Shown here: one piece after another, positions 27,487-37,125 of the stretch
How the letters are laid out: the number at the start of each line of letters is the position of its first letter
Position numbering within the stretch: the stretch's first letter is position 1
Source: Chloroflexota bacterium
Lineage (GTDB): Bacteria; Chloroflexota; Chloroflexia; Thermomicrobiales; UBA6265
DNA length: 64,000 bases
NCBI GenBank assembly: GCA_023389575.1
Contig: JAEWEG010000045.1
Coordinates: 13,230 to 77,229, forward strand
Reading direction: 5' to 3'
Position numbers and translations under genes: made by a program
Notes under the pieces: model-generated
What the model saw: only the letters and a program-made list of their open reading frames with translations
What the model was told of the DNA's origin: nothing
Databases searched by the model: none

Positions 27487-28629
27487 CTATCCGGAGGCGC
27501 TCCCCGAAACGCCCTCCACGAACCAGTCCATGGTCAGGATTTCCTCGTCGCTCATCGAGACCCCCTCGGCGACGCCCTCCGATCCATCCTGCCGCGCGAT
27601 CGGCCCGGTGAAGATGTCCGTCACGCCGCGCGCGCCGCTCCGGAACTCCTCCGCCAGCGCCTCCGCTTCGGCGATGACGTCCTCTGGCACGAATCCCGCG
27701 ACCGGGGCCAGGTCCACGACGCCATCCGCCCAGCTTCCCCAGTACTGGTTGCTGGTCCACGTTCCCGCCTGGATCTGCTCGACCGCCCAGGTGTAGTACA
27801 CACCCCAGTCCCAGACCGCGCTCGTCAGCACCGCCTGGGGTGCGAGTTTGGACACATCGACGTTGTAACCAACGCTGTGGATGCCCGCCGCCTCCGCCGC
27901 CTGTTGCACCGCCGCGCTGTCCTGGTTGGTGGCGATCACCTCCACGCCCAGATCGATCAGGGACTGGGCCGCCGCTGTCTCAACAGTTGGATCGAACCAG
28001 GTATTCGTCCACACCACCTGCACATCCACGTCCGTATTCACCGACCGCGCTCCCAGCGCGAAGGCATTGATGCCCCGGATCACCTCCGGAATTGGAAACG
28101 CACCGACATAGCCCAGCGTGCCCGTCTCCGACATCCGCGCCGCGACCACGCCGGTGACGAACTGCGGCTCCTCTATCTTGCCGAACCCGGTGCTGACGTT
28201 CTCAGCGGTTTGATAGCCGGAGATGTGGATGAACTCGATGTCCGGAAACTGCTGGGCCACCGAGATGACCGCCGGGCCATAGCCGAACGACGTGGCCACG
28301 ATCAGGTCGTATCCCTGCTCGGCATACCCGCGAATCGCGCGTTCGGAATCCGCCTGGGTGTCCAGCACGTTCTCCAGGTACGCCGTCTCGACGTTGGGGA
28401 TGTTCTCCTCCAGCGCGATGCGCCCCTGGTCGTGAGCGTAGGTGTAGCCGAGGTCGCTCACCGGCCCGATGTAGATGAACGCCACCCGGAACGGTTCGCC
28501 TTCGGGCGAGGCGTCCTGAGCTCCCGCGCCACGCAACAGGGCCAGCGAACCGACTCCCGCGCCCAGGGAAACGGAACGACGAGACGCGCGCGAGTTGAGG
28601 AAATCGTCCATGGAGAGGTAGAGGGCCAT
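27487..28629 (-). CDS. BMP-family ABC substrate-binding protein (paralog 1)
   Basis: ATG 28629 follows GAGGAGGAA. Tat-like SRRSVSLGAG signal. BMP/PnrA-type body: FIYIGP, GYVGAFPIPEVIRGINAF. Confidence 0.85.
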   Translation of the reverse strand: MALYLSMDDFLNSRASRRSVSLGAGVGSLALLRGAGAQDASPEGEPFRVAFIYIGPVSDLGYTYAHDQGRIALEENIPNVETAYLENVLDTQADSERAIRGYAEQGYDLIVATSFGYGPAVISVAQQFPDIEFIHISGYQTAENVSTGFGKIEEPQFVTGVVAARMSETGTLGYVGAFPIPEVIRGINAFALGARSVNTDVDVQVVWTNTWFDPTVETAAAQSLIDLGVEVIATNQDSAAVQQAAEAAGIHSVGYNVDVSKLAPQAVLTSAVWDWGVYYTWAVEQIQAGTWTSNQYWGSWADGVVDLAPVAGFVPEDVIAEAEALAEEFRSGARGVTDIFTGPIARQDGSEGVAEGVSMSDEEILTMDWFVEGVSGSASG

Positions 28630-28798
28630 TGGGTGTTCCTCCTCGTTTCCGACACGAACAGATGCCACACCCATCCATCCTACCCGCCCGCACAACCCGC
28701 CAACCCCCGTAAGGGTTATCCGCCGACGCTCACCCTCGCTCGCAGCGTCCTTTCACGACACGACGAGGCAATTCGATTCCAGGCCCATCGGACACGAA

Positions 28799-28825
28799 AA
28801 CGGGTGGGCCCAATGCCCACCCGTT
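28799..28825 (-). terminator. Intrinsic terminator after paralog 2 of the binding protein
   Basis: On the minus strand, AACGGGTGGGC-(5 nt)-GCCCACCCGTT (11-bp stem) is followed directly by TTTTCG. It lies 27 nt after the stop at 28853. Confidence 0.65.
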
Positions 28826-28852
28826 CTCTCGAGTCTTGGTACCGCGCGAGGA

Positions 28853-29989
28853 CTATCCCTCGGCGCTGCCCTCGACCCCCTCGACGAACCACATCATGTT
28901 CAGGATTTCCTCGTCGGAGAGCGAGGCGCCCTCGGCGACACCCTCGGTGCCGTCCTGCTTGAGGATTGGCCCGGTGAAGATGTCGGTCACGCCGCGCTCG
29001 CCAGCCTCGAACTCGGCGGCCAGCGCCTCGATCTCGGTCGCGATCTCCTCCGGTACCCACTCGGCGACCGGCGCGATGCCGACCACGCCATCGGCCCACG
29101 AACCCCAGTACTGGTTGGATTCCCACTCCCCGGCCTGGATCTGCTCCACGGCCCAGGTGTAGTACGCGCCCCAGTTCCAGATAACGCTGGTCAGCACCGC
29201 CTCCGGCGCCTGTGGCGACTGGTCGGTGTTGTAGCCCACGCTGTACTTGCCGGCCGCTTCAGCCACCTGCTGCGGGCCGGGGGTGTCCTGGTGCTGGGCG
29301 ATCACATCCACGCCAAGGTCGACCAGCGACTGCGCGGCCGCGCTCTCGACCGTCGGGTCGTACCAGGTGTTTGTCCAAACCACCTGGACCGTCGCCTCGG
29401 GATTAACCGACCGCACGCCCATCGTGAAGGCGTTGATGCCGCGGATCACCTCGGGAATCGGGAAGGCTCCGACGTAGCCAAGCTTGCCGCTCTCGGACAT
29501 CTTGCCCGCCAGCACGCCGCTCACATACCGCGGCTCCTCGATCTTGCCGAAACCGGTGCTCACGTTTTCGGCCGTCTGGTAGCCCGAAATGTGGATGAAC
29601 TGGGTGTCGGGGAACTGGGGCGCGACGGCCAGCACGGCCGGACCGTGCCCGAACGAGGTCGCGACGATGAGGTCGAACCCTTCCTCGGCGTACCCGCGAA
29701 CCGCGCGCTCGGCTTCCGCCTGGACTTCGGGAATGTTTTCCAGGTAGGCCGTCTCCACGCCCGGCACGTTTTCTTCCAGCGCCAGCCGTCCCTGATCGTG
29801 GGCGTAGGTGTAGCCACCATCGCCAATCGGGCCGATATAGATGAACGCCGCCCGGAACGCTTCCCCGTCCTGCGCCGTCGCCGCCTTGCCAAGCCCGGCG
29901 GCCGCCACCGCGGCGCCAGCCCCAACGGCCAGCGAGCGACGGCTGATGCGCGCCTGGAACAGTTCCTCCGCCGATCGATACAGTGACAT
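28853..29989 (-). CDS. BMP-family ABC substrate-binding protein (paralog 2)
   Basis: ATG 29989 follows GAGGAGGAC. Tat-like SRRSLAVGAG signal. Shares long identical runs with paralog 1. Confidence 0.85.
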   Translation of the reverse strand: MSLYRSAEELFQARISRRSLAVGAGAAVAAAGLGKAATAQDGEAFRAAFIYIGPIGDGGYTYAHDQGRLALEENVPGVETAYLENIPEVQAEAERAVRGYAEEGFDLIVATSFGHGPAVLAVAPQFPDTQFIHISGYQTAENVSTGFGKIEEPRYVSGVLAGKMSESGKLGYVGAFPIPEVIRGINAFTMGVRSVNPEATVQVVWTNTWYDPTVESAAAQSLVDLGVDVIAQHQDTPGPQQVAEAAGKYSVGYNTDQSPQAPEAVLTSVIWNWGAYYTWAVEQIQAGEWESNQYWGSWADGVVGIAPVAEWVPEEIATEIEALAAEFEAGERGVTDIFTGPILKQDGTEGVAEGASLSDEEILNMMWFVEGVEGSAEG

Positions 29990-30136
29990 TGCCCGTGTCC
30001 TCCTCGTTCGAGACGGCCTCACGACCGGTCCCGCCCATTGCCTCTCGATAGTCATGCCGTCACCGGCTGGTCCCCAGGATAGTGATGGTTCGCGACGCCG
30101 ACCCCGGGCTGGAAACCCTCCGGCTCGCCGCGAGAA

Positions 30137-30547
30137 TCATTCCGCCAATTCGAAGGTGATGTCCTGCGCGCCCTCCCACACGATGCGGCGCCCCGCCTCT
30201 CGAAGTTGCTCGTTGCCTTCAACGATCGTCAGGAAATGGTTTCCCGCGAGCTGGCCCATGGTGCTGGCGAAGCAGCTCCGGCCATAGGGAAAGAGGATTT
30301 CGGTTTCGCTGAACCCGCCTGGGTAGAACAGGATCTCGCCGGCGGCGGGATAGCTGGTCGCGTTCTCGAAACCCACCCCGAGATCGAAATCCCCCAACGG
30401 AATCCAGCCCGACTCGCCGCTCCATCGCGCCTGGATCAGCTTTTGCCGATACGGCAGCAGCTTCCTGAACGCCGCCACCGTCTCCGGCGCGGCGTCATCC
30501 TCGAATCTCGCGCGAAACACGAGGTCCCCAACCCGGATGATCACCAT
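30137..30547 (-). CDS. DUF3830-like (cyclophilin-like fold) protein
   Basis: MVIIRVGDLVFRARFEDDAAPETVAAFRKLLP... matches the N-terminal pattern I associate with DUF3830. The start was taken at ATG 30547. Confidence 0.6.
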   Translation of the reverse strand: MVIIRVGDLVFRARFEDDAAPETVAAFRKLLPYRQKLIQARWSGESGWIPLGDFDLGVGFENATSYPAAGEILFYPGGFSETEILFPYGRSCFASTMGQLAGNHFLTIVEGNEQLREAGRRIVWEGAQDITFELAE

Positions 30548-30804
30548 GACGATCGACAACTCCTGTCGCCAGCGGGTACCCACACCCGCCCTCGGACGCG
30601 CCCACCACGCGATTGCGTGGATTGTACGGTCATTGTCTCACAGCGAGGACTCCGACGCCCCGCGCGCGATCGCGCCGGTTTTCGTCCTCCTTGGTCTTCC
30701 CGCACAACCCGACCCACGTCGCTTACTGCTCACGCCGGCAACACCCGAACCACCCCGCAGGGTATGGTCAAGTGGGCCCTCAACTGTTAGGATTCGGTTG
30801 CAGG

Positions 30805-30819
30805 TGAGAATAATTCTCA
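30805..30819. promoter_or_regulatory. Candidate Fur-family (7-1-7) operator
   Basis: TGAGAAT-A-ATTCTCA is a perfect inverted repeat in an AT-rich patch, 41 nt upstream of the ATPase ATG. Confidence 0.45.
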
Positions 30820-30860
30820 TCTGAAATGAACTGACTACACGCCGAACCGAAGGGACCTCC

Positions 30861-32861
30861 ATGTCCATCGCCATGAACTCACCGGCGACTCCAACGGCCC
30901 AGCCAACGCCAGGGCCCGCTCACACGGCTCTCGCCTGGCTCATCCGCAACGGACTGCTCCTCGGCGCGGCCTGCGCCTGGCTCGCGCTCGCATCCGCGTT
31001 CGTCCTCGAACAATGGACCGATGCTCCCCGCGCGCTGGTCCTGGGCTTCTACATCGCCGCGTACATCGCCGGCGGCGCCATCGCCACGCGAGCCGCCGTC
31101 AGCGACCTCCTGTCCGGCATCGTCAACATCGACCTGCTCATGGTCCTTGCCGCCATCGGCGCGGCCATTCTCAACGCCTGGGCCGAAGGCGCCATGCTTC
31201 TCGCCCTCTTCTCCACGTCCAACGCGCTGGAACACTACGCGCTGGGTCGTACCCGGTCGGCGGTCCGCTCCCTGATGGACCTGCGCCCGGCGACGGCTCG
31301 GCGCCTGGTCGATGGCGCCGAGGAGGTGGTGGCCGTCGAGGTCCTGGAACCGGGCGACCAGGTCGTCGTCCGGCCCGGCGAGAACATCCCGGCCGACGCG
31401 GTCATCGTCAGCGGCCAAACCGAGGTCAACCAGGCCGCCATCACGGGCGAATCCATGCCCGTCGCGCGCGCCGTCGAGGACCCGGTCTTCGCCGGCACCA
31501 CGAACGGTTCCGGGGCGTTCACCGCCCGCGTCACCCATCCATCCTCGGAAACCACCATCGCCCGTATAGCCCACCTGGTCGAGGAAGCCCAGTCCCGCAA
31601 GAGTCGCGCCGAGCGATTCACCGATGCCTTCGAGGGCCCGTACGCCATCGGCGTGATCACCATCGCGGTGCTCGTCGGCGTCATCCCCATGCTGCTGGGA
31701 GCCGACCGTGGCGATGCCTTCTACCGGGCAATCACCCTGCTTGTGGTCGCCTCGCCCTGTGCCCTCGTCATCTCCACGCCGGCCGCCACCCTCTCGGCCA
31801 TCGCCCGCGCCGCTCGCGGGGGCGTCCTGGTCAAGGGTGGTTCGCATCTCGACGAACTGGGCGTCATCGACATCATCGCCTTCGACAAGACCGGCACCCT
31901 TACCTTAGGCAAACCCGCTGTCACCGATGTGGTTGTCTTCGGTTCGACGCCTGAAATCGACGCGCTTCGCCTCGTCGCCTCGGCCGAACATCTTTCGGAG
32001 CACCCCATCGCCCAGGCGATCATGCGGCACGCCTCCGACCAGGGCATTACCCTCGATGACCCAGTTGATTTCACCGCCGATCCCGGGCGCGGCGTCACCG
32101 CGTCCATCGAGGGCCGCCGGATCGCCGTTGGCAACGAAACCCTCTTCAATGAACTGGGTATCCGCCTGCCCCAGCACGTGGTCGATCGCGCCAACACCAT
32201 CCGTACTCAGGGGCGCACCGCCATCATCGCGGGCGACGGTGGGGACCTCCTGGCGGTGATCGGCGTCGCCGATCAGGTCCGCCCCGGCGCGGCCGAGGCG
32301 CTGGCCGAACTTCGGGACCAGGGCATCAAGCGCATCGTGATGCTCACCGGCGACAACGATCTTGTTGGCCAGGCCATCGGCCGCCAACTCGGGCTCGACG
32401 AGGTCTTCGCTGATCTCCAACCCGAGGAAAAGCTCGTCAAGATCGAGGAACTCCGGAAACAGGGCCGGGTCGCGATGGTCGGCGACGGCGTGAACGACGC
32501 TCCCGCGCTCGCCTCGGCCGACCTGGGCATCGCCATGGGCGCTGGCGGCACCGATGTCGCCCTTGAAACCGCCGACGTCGTCCTCATCACCGGCGATCTG
32601 CGGCGAATGCCATTCGCCATGGGTCTCAGCCGGCGGATGCGGCGCATCATCCGACTCTCCATCGGCTTCGCCCTGACGGTCATCGCCACTCTGGCGACAC
32701 TCACGCTCACCACCGGTATCCCCCTGACGCTCGGCGTGATCGGCCACGAAGGCAGCACCGTCATCGTCGTCCTCGCCGGTCTCACCCTGCTCGCGTACGG
32801 CCAGGGCCGAGGTTCCAGGAAACCGAAGCCCGCGACGAGTCCCGCGCCATCGGGCGCTTAA
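30861..32861 (+). CDS. Heavy-metal P-type ATPase, P1B-4 subclass (Co/Zn/Fe-type)
   Basis: DKTGTLT, GDGVNDAPAL, TGES. The transmembrane SPC motif (VASPCALVIS) and HEGST motif define P1B-4. There is no N-terminal CxxC metal-binding domain. Confidence 0.9.
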   Translation: MSIAMNSPATPTAQPTPGPAHTALAWLIRNGLLLGAACAWLALASAFVLEQWTDAPRALVLGFYIAAYIAGGAIATRAAVSDLLSGIVNIDLLMVLAAIGAAILNAWAEGAMLLALFSTSNALEHYALGRTRSAVRSLMDLRPATARRLVDGAEEVVAVEVLEPGDQVVVRPGENIPADAVIVSGQTEVNQAAITGESMPVARAVEDPVFAGTTNGSGAFTARVTHPSSETTIARIAHLVEEAQSRKSRAERFTDAFEGPYAIGVITIAVLVGVIPMLLGADRGDAFYRAITLLVVASPCALVISTPAATLSAIARAARGGVLVKGGSHLDELGVIDIIAFDKTGTLTLGKPAVTDVVVFGSTPEIDALRLVASAEHLSEHPIAQAIMRHASDQGITLDDPVDFTADPGRGVTASIEGRRIAVGNETLFNELGIRLPQHVVDRANTIRTQGRTAIIAGDGGDLLAVIGVADQVRPGAAEALAELRDQGIKRIVMLTGDNDLVGQAIGRQLGLDEVFADLQPEEKLVKIEELRKQGRVAMVGDGVNDAPALASADLGIAMGAGGTDVALETADVVLITGDLRRMPFAMGLSRRMRRIIRLSIGFALTVIATLATLTLTTGIPLTLGVIGHEGSTVIVVLAGLTLLAYGQGRGSRKPKPATSPAPSGA

Positions 32862-32867
32862 CGCGGC

Positions 32868-32899
32868 GGACCGGGATGGCGACGTCGCCATCCCGGTCC
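32868..32899. terminator. 32-nt perfect palindrome between convergent genes
   Basis: GGACCGGGATGGCGAC/GTCGCCATCCCGGTCC starts 7 nt after the ATPase stop. Confidence 0.55.
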
Positions 32900-32932
32900 G
32901 TTGGTTGATTTCGAACCTCGTCGTTCGAAAGG

Positions 32933-35239
32933 CTATTCTCCAGCCGCCGAGCCCTGCACCTGGGTGCCGCTCACCGGCGCCCACTGCTCCGGCTTCCGCT
33001 GGAGCTGGATCGGGGCCACGTTGCCCTCCACCTGCACCTTCGGCAGCCAGTTAAGTGCTCGTGGGAAGTACCAGTTGGCCTTGCCGCAAAGCTTCAGCGT
33101 GGCGGGAACCAGGATTGTCCGGATCACCGTCGCGTCCAGCAGCACCGCGAACGCGAGGCCGAACCCCATCTGCTGCATTTCCACCAGCCGTCCGCCGGCG
33201 AATGACCCGAAGACCGCCACCATGATCAGCGCCGCGCCAGTGATCAGGCGACCGGTCTGCTGCAGGCCAACCCGCACCGCCTCGTCGTTGTCGCCGGTGT
33301 GGTCGTAGTGCTCGCGCACCCGGCTCAGCAGGAAGACGTGGTAGTCCATGCTCAGGCCGAACAGGATGCAGAACAGCATCACCGGCAGCCAGTTGGTGAT
33401 CGTGTCCACCTGGGTGAACCCGAACAGGTCGGCCATGAATCCGAACTGGAACACCGCCACCACCGCGCCGTAGGCCGCCGCGACCGAGAGCAGGTTCATC
33501 AGGATCGAGGTCAGCGGCACCAGAATCGAGCGGAAGGCGACCATCAGGAGCAGGAAGCTCAATCCGAGGACGAATCCGAACACCACCGGCAGGTAATCGA
33601 TCAGCGCGTTGTCGAAGTCGATCGTGTCGGCCGTATCGCCCGTCACGAAGACGCTTGCCGCCTGGTCGCCGAACGCCGCCGGCACCACCTCGGAGCGAAG
33701 GTCCTTCACCACATCCTCGGCCTCGTGGGAGTACGGGTCCGCCCGGGTGATCGCGTCGATCACCGTCAGCTGGCCGTCCTCGCTGACACGAGTGCCTACC
33801 GAACCGAAGTTTTCGTCCTGTTCCAGCGTCGCGACGAAGTTGGCGACGTTGGCCTGGGTCGTCGCGTCGTTCGCGTCCGCGTCGACCACGATCATGACCG
33901 GGGAATCAACACCCGCCGAGAAGTCCTCGGCCAGGATCTCGAACCCGCGTGTGAAGTCAGTATCCGGCAGCGAGCTGCTTTCCTGGGCGCCGATGTTGAT
34001 CGCCACCACCGGGGCCGCGATCGCCAGCAGCAGGGCCAGCGAGCCGACCAGCCAGGCGACGGGACGTCGCATCACCGCCGTCGCGAGGTGACCCCACAGG
34101 CCAGAACCAATCTTCGTCTCGAATTCCGCGTAGCCAGTCGTGTCCTGTCGCTTGAGCTTGCGCATCACACCGAACTGGGGAGCGTTCGCCCAGTCGCCGA
34201 TCAGCCGAACCATCGCCGGCAGCAAGGTCATCGCCGCCGCGACCGCGACCACCACCACCAGCGCCGCCGACAGACCCATTGCCTGGAAGAAGTTCACCGG
34301 CAGGAACAGCAGACCCAGCAGCGCCAGGATCACCGTCGCGCCTGAGAACATCACGGCCTTGCCGGCGCTTCCGCCCGAACGCTCGATCGCATCCATCTTG
34401 AGCGCGCCGTTGCGTCGCTCTTCACGGTAGCGGGCAAAGAAGAAGAGGGCGTAGTCGATACCGACCGCCAGGCCGATCATGCTCACCACGCTCATCGTGG
34501 TGCTGTCGAGCACCAGCACGTTGGCCAGCAGCAGCACGAACCCGGTCGTGATCGCGATCGACACCAGGCCAATCGCCAGCGGCAGGATTGGGGCGATGAG
34601 GGCTCCGAACACGATCACCAGCACGATACCGGCGACCGGCAGGCCAATGCTGACTTCCTTGCTCAGATCCTCCTCGGCGATCGTGCCAAAGGTCGCGCTG
34701 CCGCTGATCGAGCCAACGCTGTACACCTGCACGTCATCGGTCGCGGCCGCCTGGTAGTCCTCCAGGTACTGTTCGCCACGATCGTCGTACGAGTCGCCCT
34801 CGTCATGGAAGCTGATGGGGATGATCAGCGAGTGCCGGTCGGCCGAAACGAGTTGTTCCGCTTCGGGCACGCCCGCCGCCTGCGCCTCGTAGTAGTTGGT
34901 CAGCGATGCGATGTCCGCTTCCCACTCCGAGAGCCCGGCGACGGTGTTCGACACCACGTCCTGGAACTCGGCGTCGTCAACGGTGTACCCCTCGGAGTGT
35001 ACGACGATGGTTTCGGTGGCGCCGGAGTCGTCGGCGAAATGCTCGTCAATCAGTTCAGACCCGATCTGCGAATCGGGGTTGTTGGTGTATCCGGCCCCTT
35101 CGCCGGACGTGGGGCCGCCAAACGCGCCAGATAGCAACGTGACGGCGACCAGCAGCAAGACCCAGGCACCGAGCGTTCGCCACGGATGCCGGGCACTGGC
35201 GCCGGCCAGTCGTTGGGGAGAAAGGGATAGACGCGACAC
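32933..35239 (-). CDS. MMPL family (RND superfamily) transporter
   Basis: GTG 35239 follows GAAGGAG. Two 6-TM bundles with large loops. MMPL patterns: GVDSPVMIVV, GIDYALFFFARYREE, LSMDYHVFLLSRVRE. Confidence 0.85.
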   Translation of the reverse strand: MSRLSLSPQRLAGASARHPWRTLGAWVLLLVAVTLLSGAFGGPTSGEGAGYTNNPDSQIGSELIDEHFADDSGATETIVVHSEGYTVDDAEFQDVVSNTVAGLSEWEADIASLTNYYEAQAAGVPEAEQLVSADRHSLIIPISFHDEGDSYDDRGEQYLEDYQAAATDDVQVYSVGSISGSATFGTIAEEDLSKEVSIGLPVAGIVLVIVFGALIAPILPLAIGLVSIAITTGFVLLLANVLVLDSTTMSVVSMIGLAVGIDYALFFFARYREERRNGALKMDAIERSGGSAGKAVMFSGATVILALLGLLFLPVNFFQAMGLSAALVVVVAVAAAMTLLPAMVRLIGDWANAPQFGVMRKLKRQDTTGYAEFETKIGSGLWGHLATAVMRRPVAWLVGSLALLLAIAAPVVAINIGAQESSSLPDTDFTRGFEILAEDFSAGVDSPVMIVVDADANDATTQANVANFVATLEQDENFGSVGTRVSEDGQLTVIDAITRADPYSHEAEDVVKDLRSEVVPAAFGDQAASVFVTGDTADTIDFDNALIDYLPVVFGFVLGLSFLLLMVAFRSILVPLTSILMNLLSVAAAYGAVVAVFQFGFMADLFGFTQVDTITNWLPVMLFCILFGLSMDYHVFLLSRVREHYDHTGDNDEAVRVGLQQTGRLITGAALIMVAVFGSFAGGRLVEMQQMGFGLAFAVLLDATVIRTILVPATLKLCGKANWYFPRALNWLPKVQVEGNVAPIQLQRKPEQWAPVSGTQVQGSAAGE

Positions 35240-35535
35240 AGGATGTCTCCTTCGATCGGTACTTGGGATCAGGCAAATTCCGCCCGTCCACCACGACTTC
35301 GATTCTGGAGGAGACACGTCTCTATTCAGAGCAGGCGACCGGGAGAGTTGGGGGTCAGGATATCCCCCATCACGGGGGAGGGATTTCCGAAACACTCCGG
35401 GGGCCACCCCACGTTGACTTCCCCACGCATGGAGCACGGCTGGCAGCGGACAAGCGCCAACGCCCAACGGAAGAGGGCGGCCGCGCATGCGTACCGCCCC
35501 CAAGTCCTTGGATTTCGATTCGACAGAGAAACTGA

Positions 35536-35988
35536 TTACACCGATCGTCGCTTCCACAGGAGGACGATGGCGGCGCCGCCAACCACGCTAGGCAGCATCT
35601 GCAGCCACGCGATCATGGGCGCCAGGCCCACGTCCCCCGAGGTGTCACGCACGGTCAGCCCCGTCAGGGCATAGGCGATCGCCCCCAGGAGCAGTACGGG
35701 AGCAACCCAGCGAATCCAGTCCTTACCGGATCGCACGGCCCAGATCGTGGCCAGCCAGCTGACGATTCCAACGGCCCCGGCGGAGGCCAGGATAATCAGG
35801 TAGAGGTTGACCGCGTGATTGATTTCGCCGTTGGTGTAGGAGGGATACCCCGACCGGATGTGGTCGGCCATCACTCCCCGGTTCAGGAAGGGAAAGACAG
35901 TGGCGATGCCGGTCAGGATGAGACCGGACCACAACACAACGAGGGTCAATGGTGACGAGGTTCCCCGCCGGGAATCTGAAGCGAACAT
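35536..35988 (-). CDS. Small integral membrane protein (about 4 TM), unassigned
   Basis: ATG 35988 follows GAAAGGA. The 150-aa product has four hydrophobic segments. The longer ORF-track N-terminus looks non-coding. Confidence 0.5.
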   Translation of the reverse strand: MFASDSRRGTSSPLTLVVLWSGLILTGIATVFPFLNRGVMADHIRSGYPSYTNGEINHAVNLYLIILASAGAVGIVSWLATIWAVRSGKDWIRWVAPVLLLGAIAYALTGLTVRDTSGDVGLAPMIAWLQMLPSVVGGAAIVLLWKRRSV

Positions 35989-36341
35989 GGGCAGGAAAGT
36001 CCTTTCACGTTTCAGCGGTCGCGGAACAACCGGCGCTCGCTCGGCGTCTCCCCGCGACGACAAGGGAGACATTTTAACGAACGATTGCCGCATTTCAACC
36101 GCCCCTGGTCGGGGAGAGGTGGACGAGGGGCATGATGAGTCGCCGGACGAAGTCCTTCCGCCGTCAGGCGGTGTTCCTGTGGCGGAGGTGGCCATCTGGG
36201 GTGGAGAAGACCAGCGCGGCGACGCTTCCCCCGGCCCGTCCACGGTGAGGTGCGAGCGGAACAGAGACCTGACGCCAAGAGCGGCCGGAGCACGTGCACC
36301 CGACCGCCCTCTTCACTTCAAGAATCAGAGCTTGTGAACAG

Positions 36342-37001
36342 CTACCGCTCGTCCTCGCCCAGCCGGAGGAAGGTCAGCACGGCCAGCACCCGCCGGTGTA
36401 CCGACTCCGCGTCCTCCAGGCCCAGCTTGGTAAAGATTCCCCGGATGTGCTTCTCCACGGTGCCCTCGCTCACGAACAACGCGTCGGCGATGGCATTGTT
36501 CGTCCGGCCCTCGGCCATCAGGGCTAGCACCTCCTGCTCACGCTGCGTCAGCGAGGACAATCGCTCGTCGCGTCGCCGCCGGGTCACGAGTTGGGTGACC
36601 ACTTCCGGGTCGAGCACGGTCCCGCCAGAAGCCACCCTCCGCACGGCCACCACGAACTCACGCACGTCGGCCACGCGGTCCTTCAGCAGGTAGCCAACGC
36701 CGGTTGTGCCGCCCTCCAGCAGTTCGGCGGCGTATCGCTCTTCCACATACTGGGAGAAGACCAGGATCGGCGTGTGCGGGACCTTGCGGCGCGCCTCGAT
36801 CGCCGCGCGCAGGCCCTCGTCACGAAACGTCGGCGGCATCCGGATGTCCACGATCGACACGTCGGGCCGCTCGCGCGTCACCACCTCGACGAGATCGTCG
36901 CCGTTGTCGACGGCCGCTATCACCTCGAAGTCGTTCTCGGTCAGGAGCCGCACCAGCCCCTCCCGGAGCAACACCGCGTCTTCCGCTATCGCAACCCGCA
37001 T
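36342..37001 (-). CDS. NarL/LuxR-family two-component response regulator
   Basis: REC domain (MRVAIAEDAVLLREGL...VDIRMPP) plus LuxR HTH (LTQREQEVLALMAEGRTNNAIADALFVSEGTVEKH). Confidence 0.9.
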   Translation of the reverse strand: MRVAIAEDAVLLREGLVRLLTENDFEVIAAVDNGDDLVEVVTRERPDVSIVDIRMPPTFRDEGLRAAIEARRKVPHTPILVFSQYVEERYAAELLEGGTTGVGYLLKDRVADVREFVVAVRRVASGGTVLDPEVVTQLVTRRRRDERLSSLTQREQEVLALMAEGRTNNAIADALFVSEGTVEKHIRGIFTKLGLEDAESVHRRVLAVLTFLRLGEDER

Positions 37002-37125
37002 CGCCTGCTCACCGCCTGGAAATGAGTATCCCTGTCAGGAAGCGATGTGCTCCCCCAGCCCAGAGCATACGGGAGTGGGTGCTCATTCACCAAGCGCGAG
37101 GGCTGACGGCTCGCCCCGAACGCGA

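Noticed and set aside
28630-30136. A purine or ZTP-type riboswitch in the leaders of the binding-protein genes.
   Set aside because: I could not find the conserved purine-riboswitch loop strings (for example CCGUAAA-type) or the ZTP core on the minus strand of either leader. Only an ordinary terminator hairpin is evident. A covariance-model scan would be needed for certainty.
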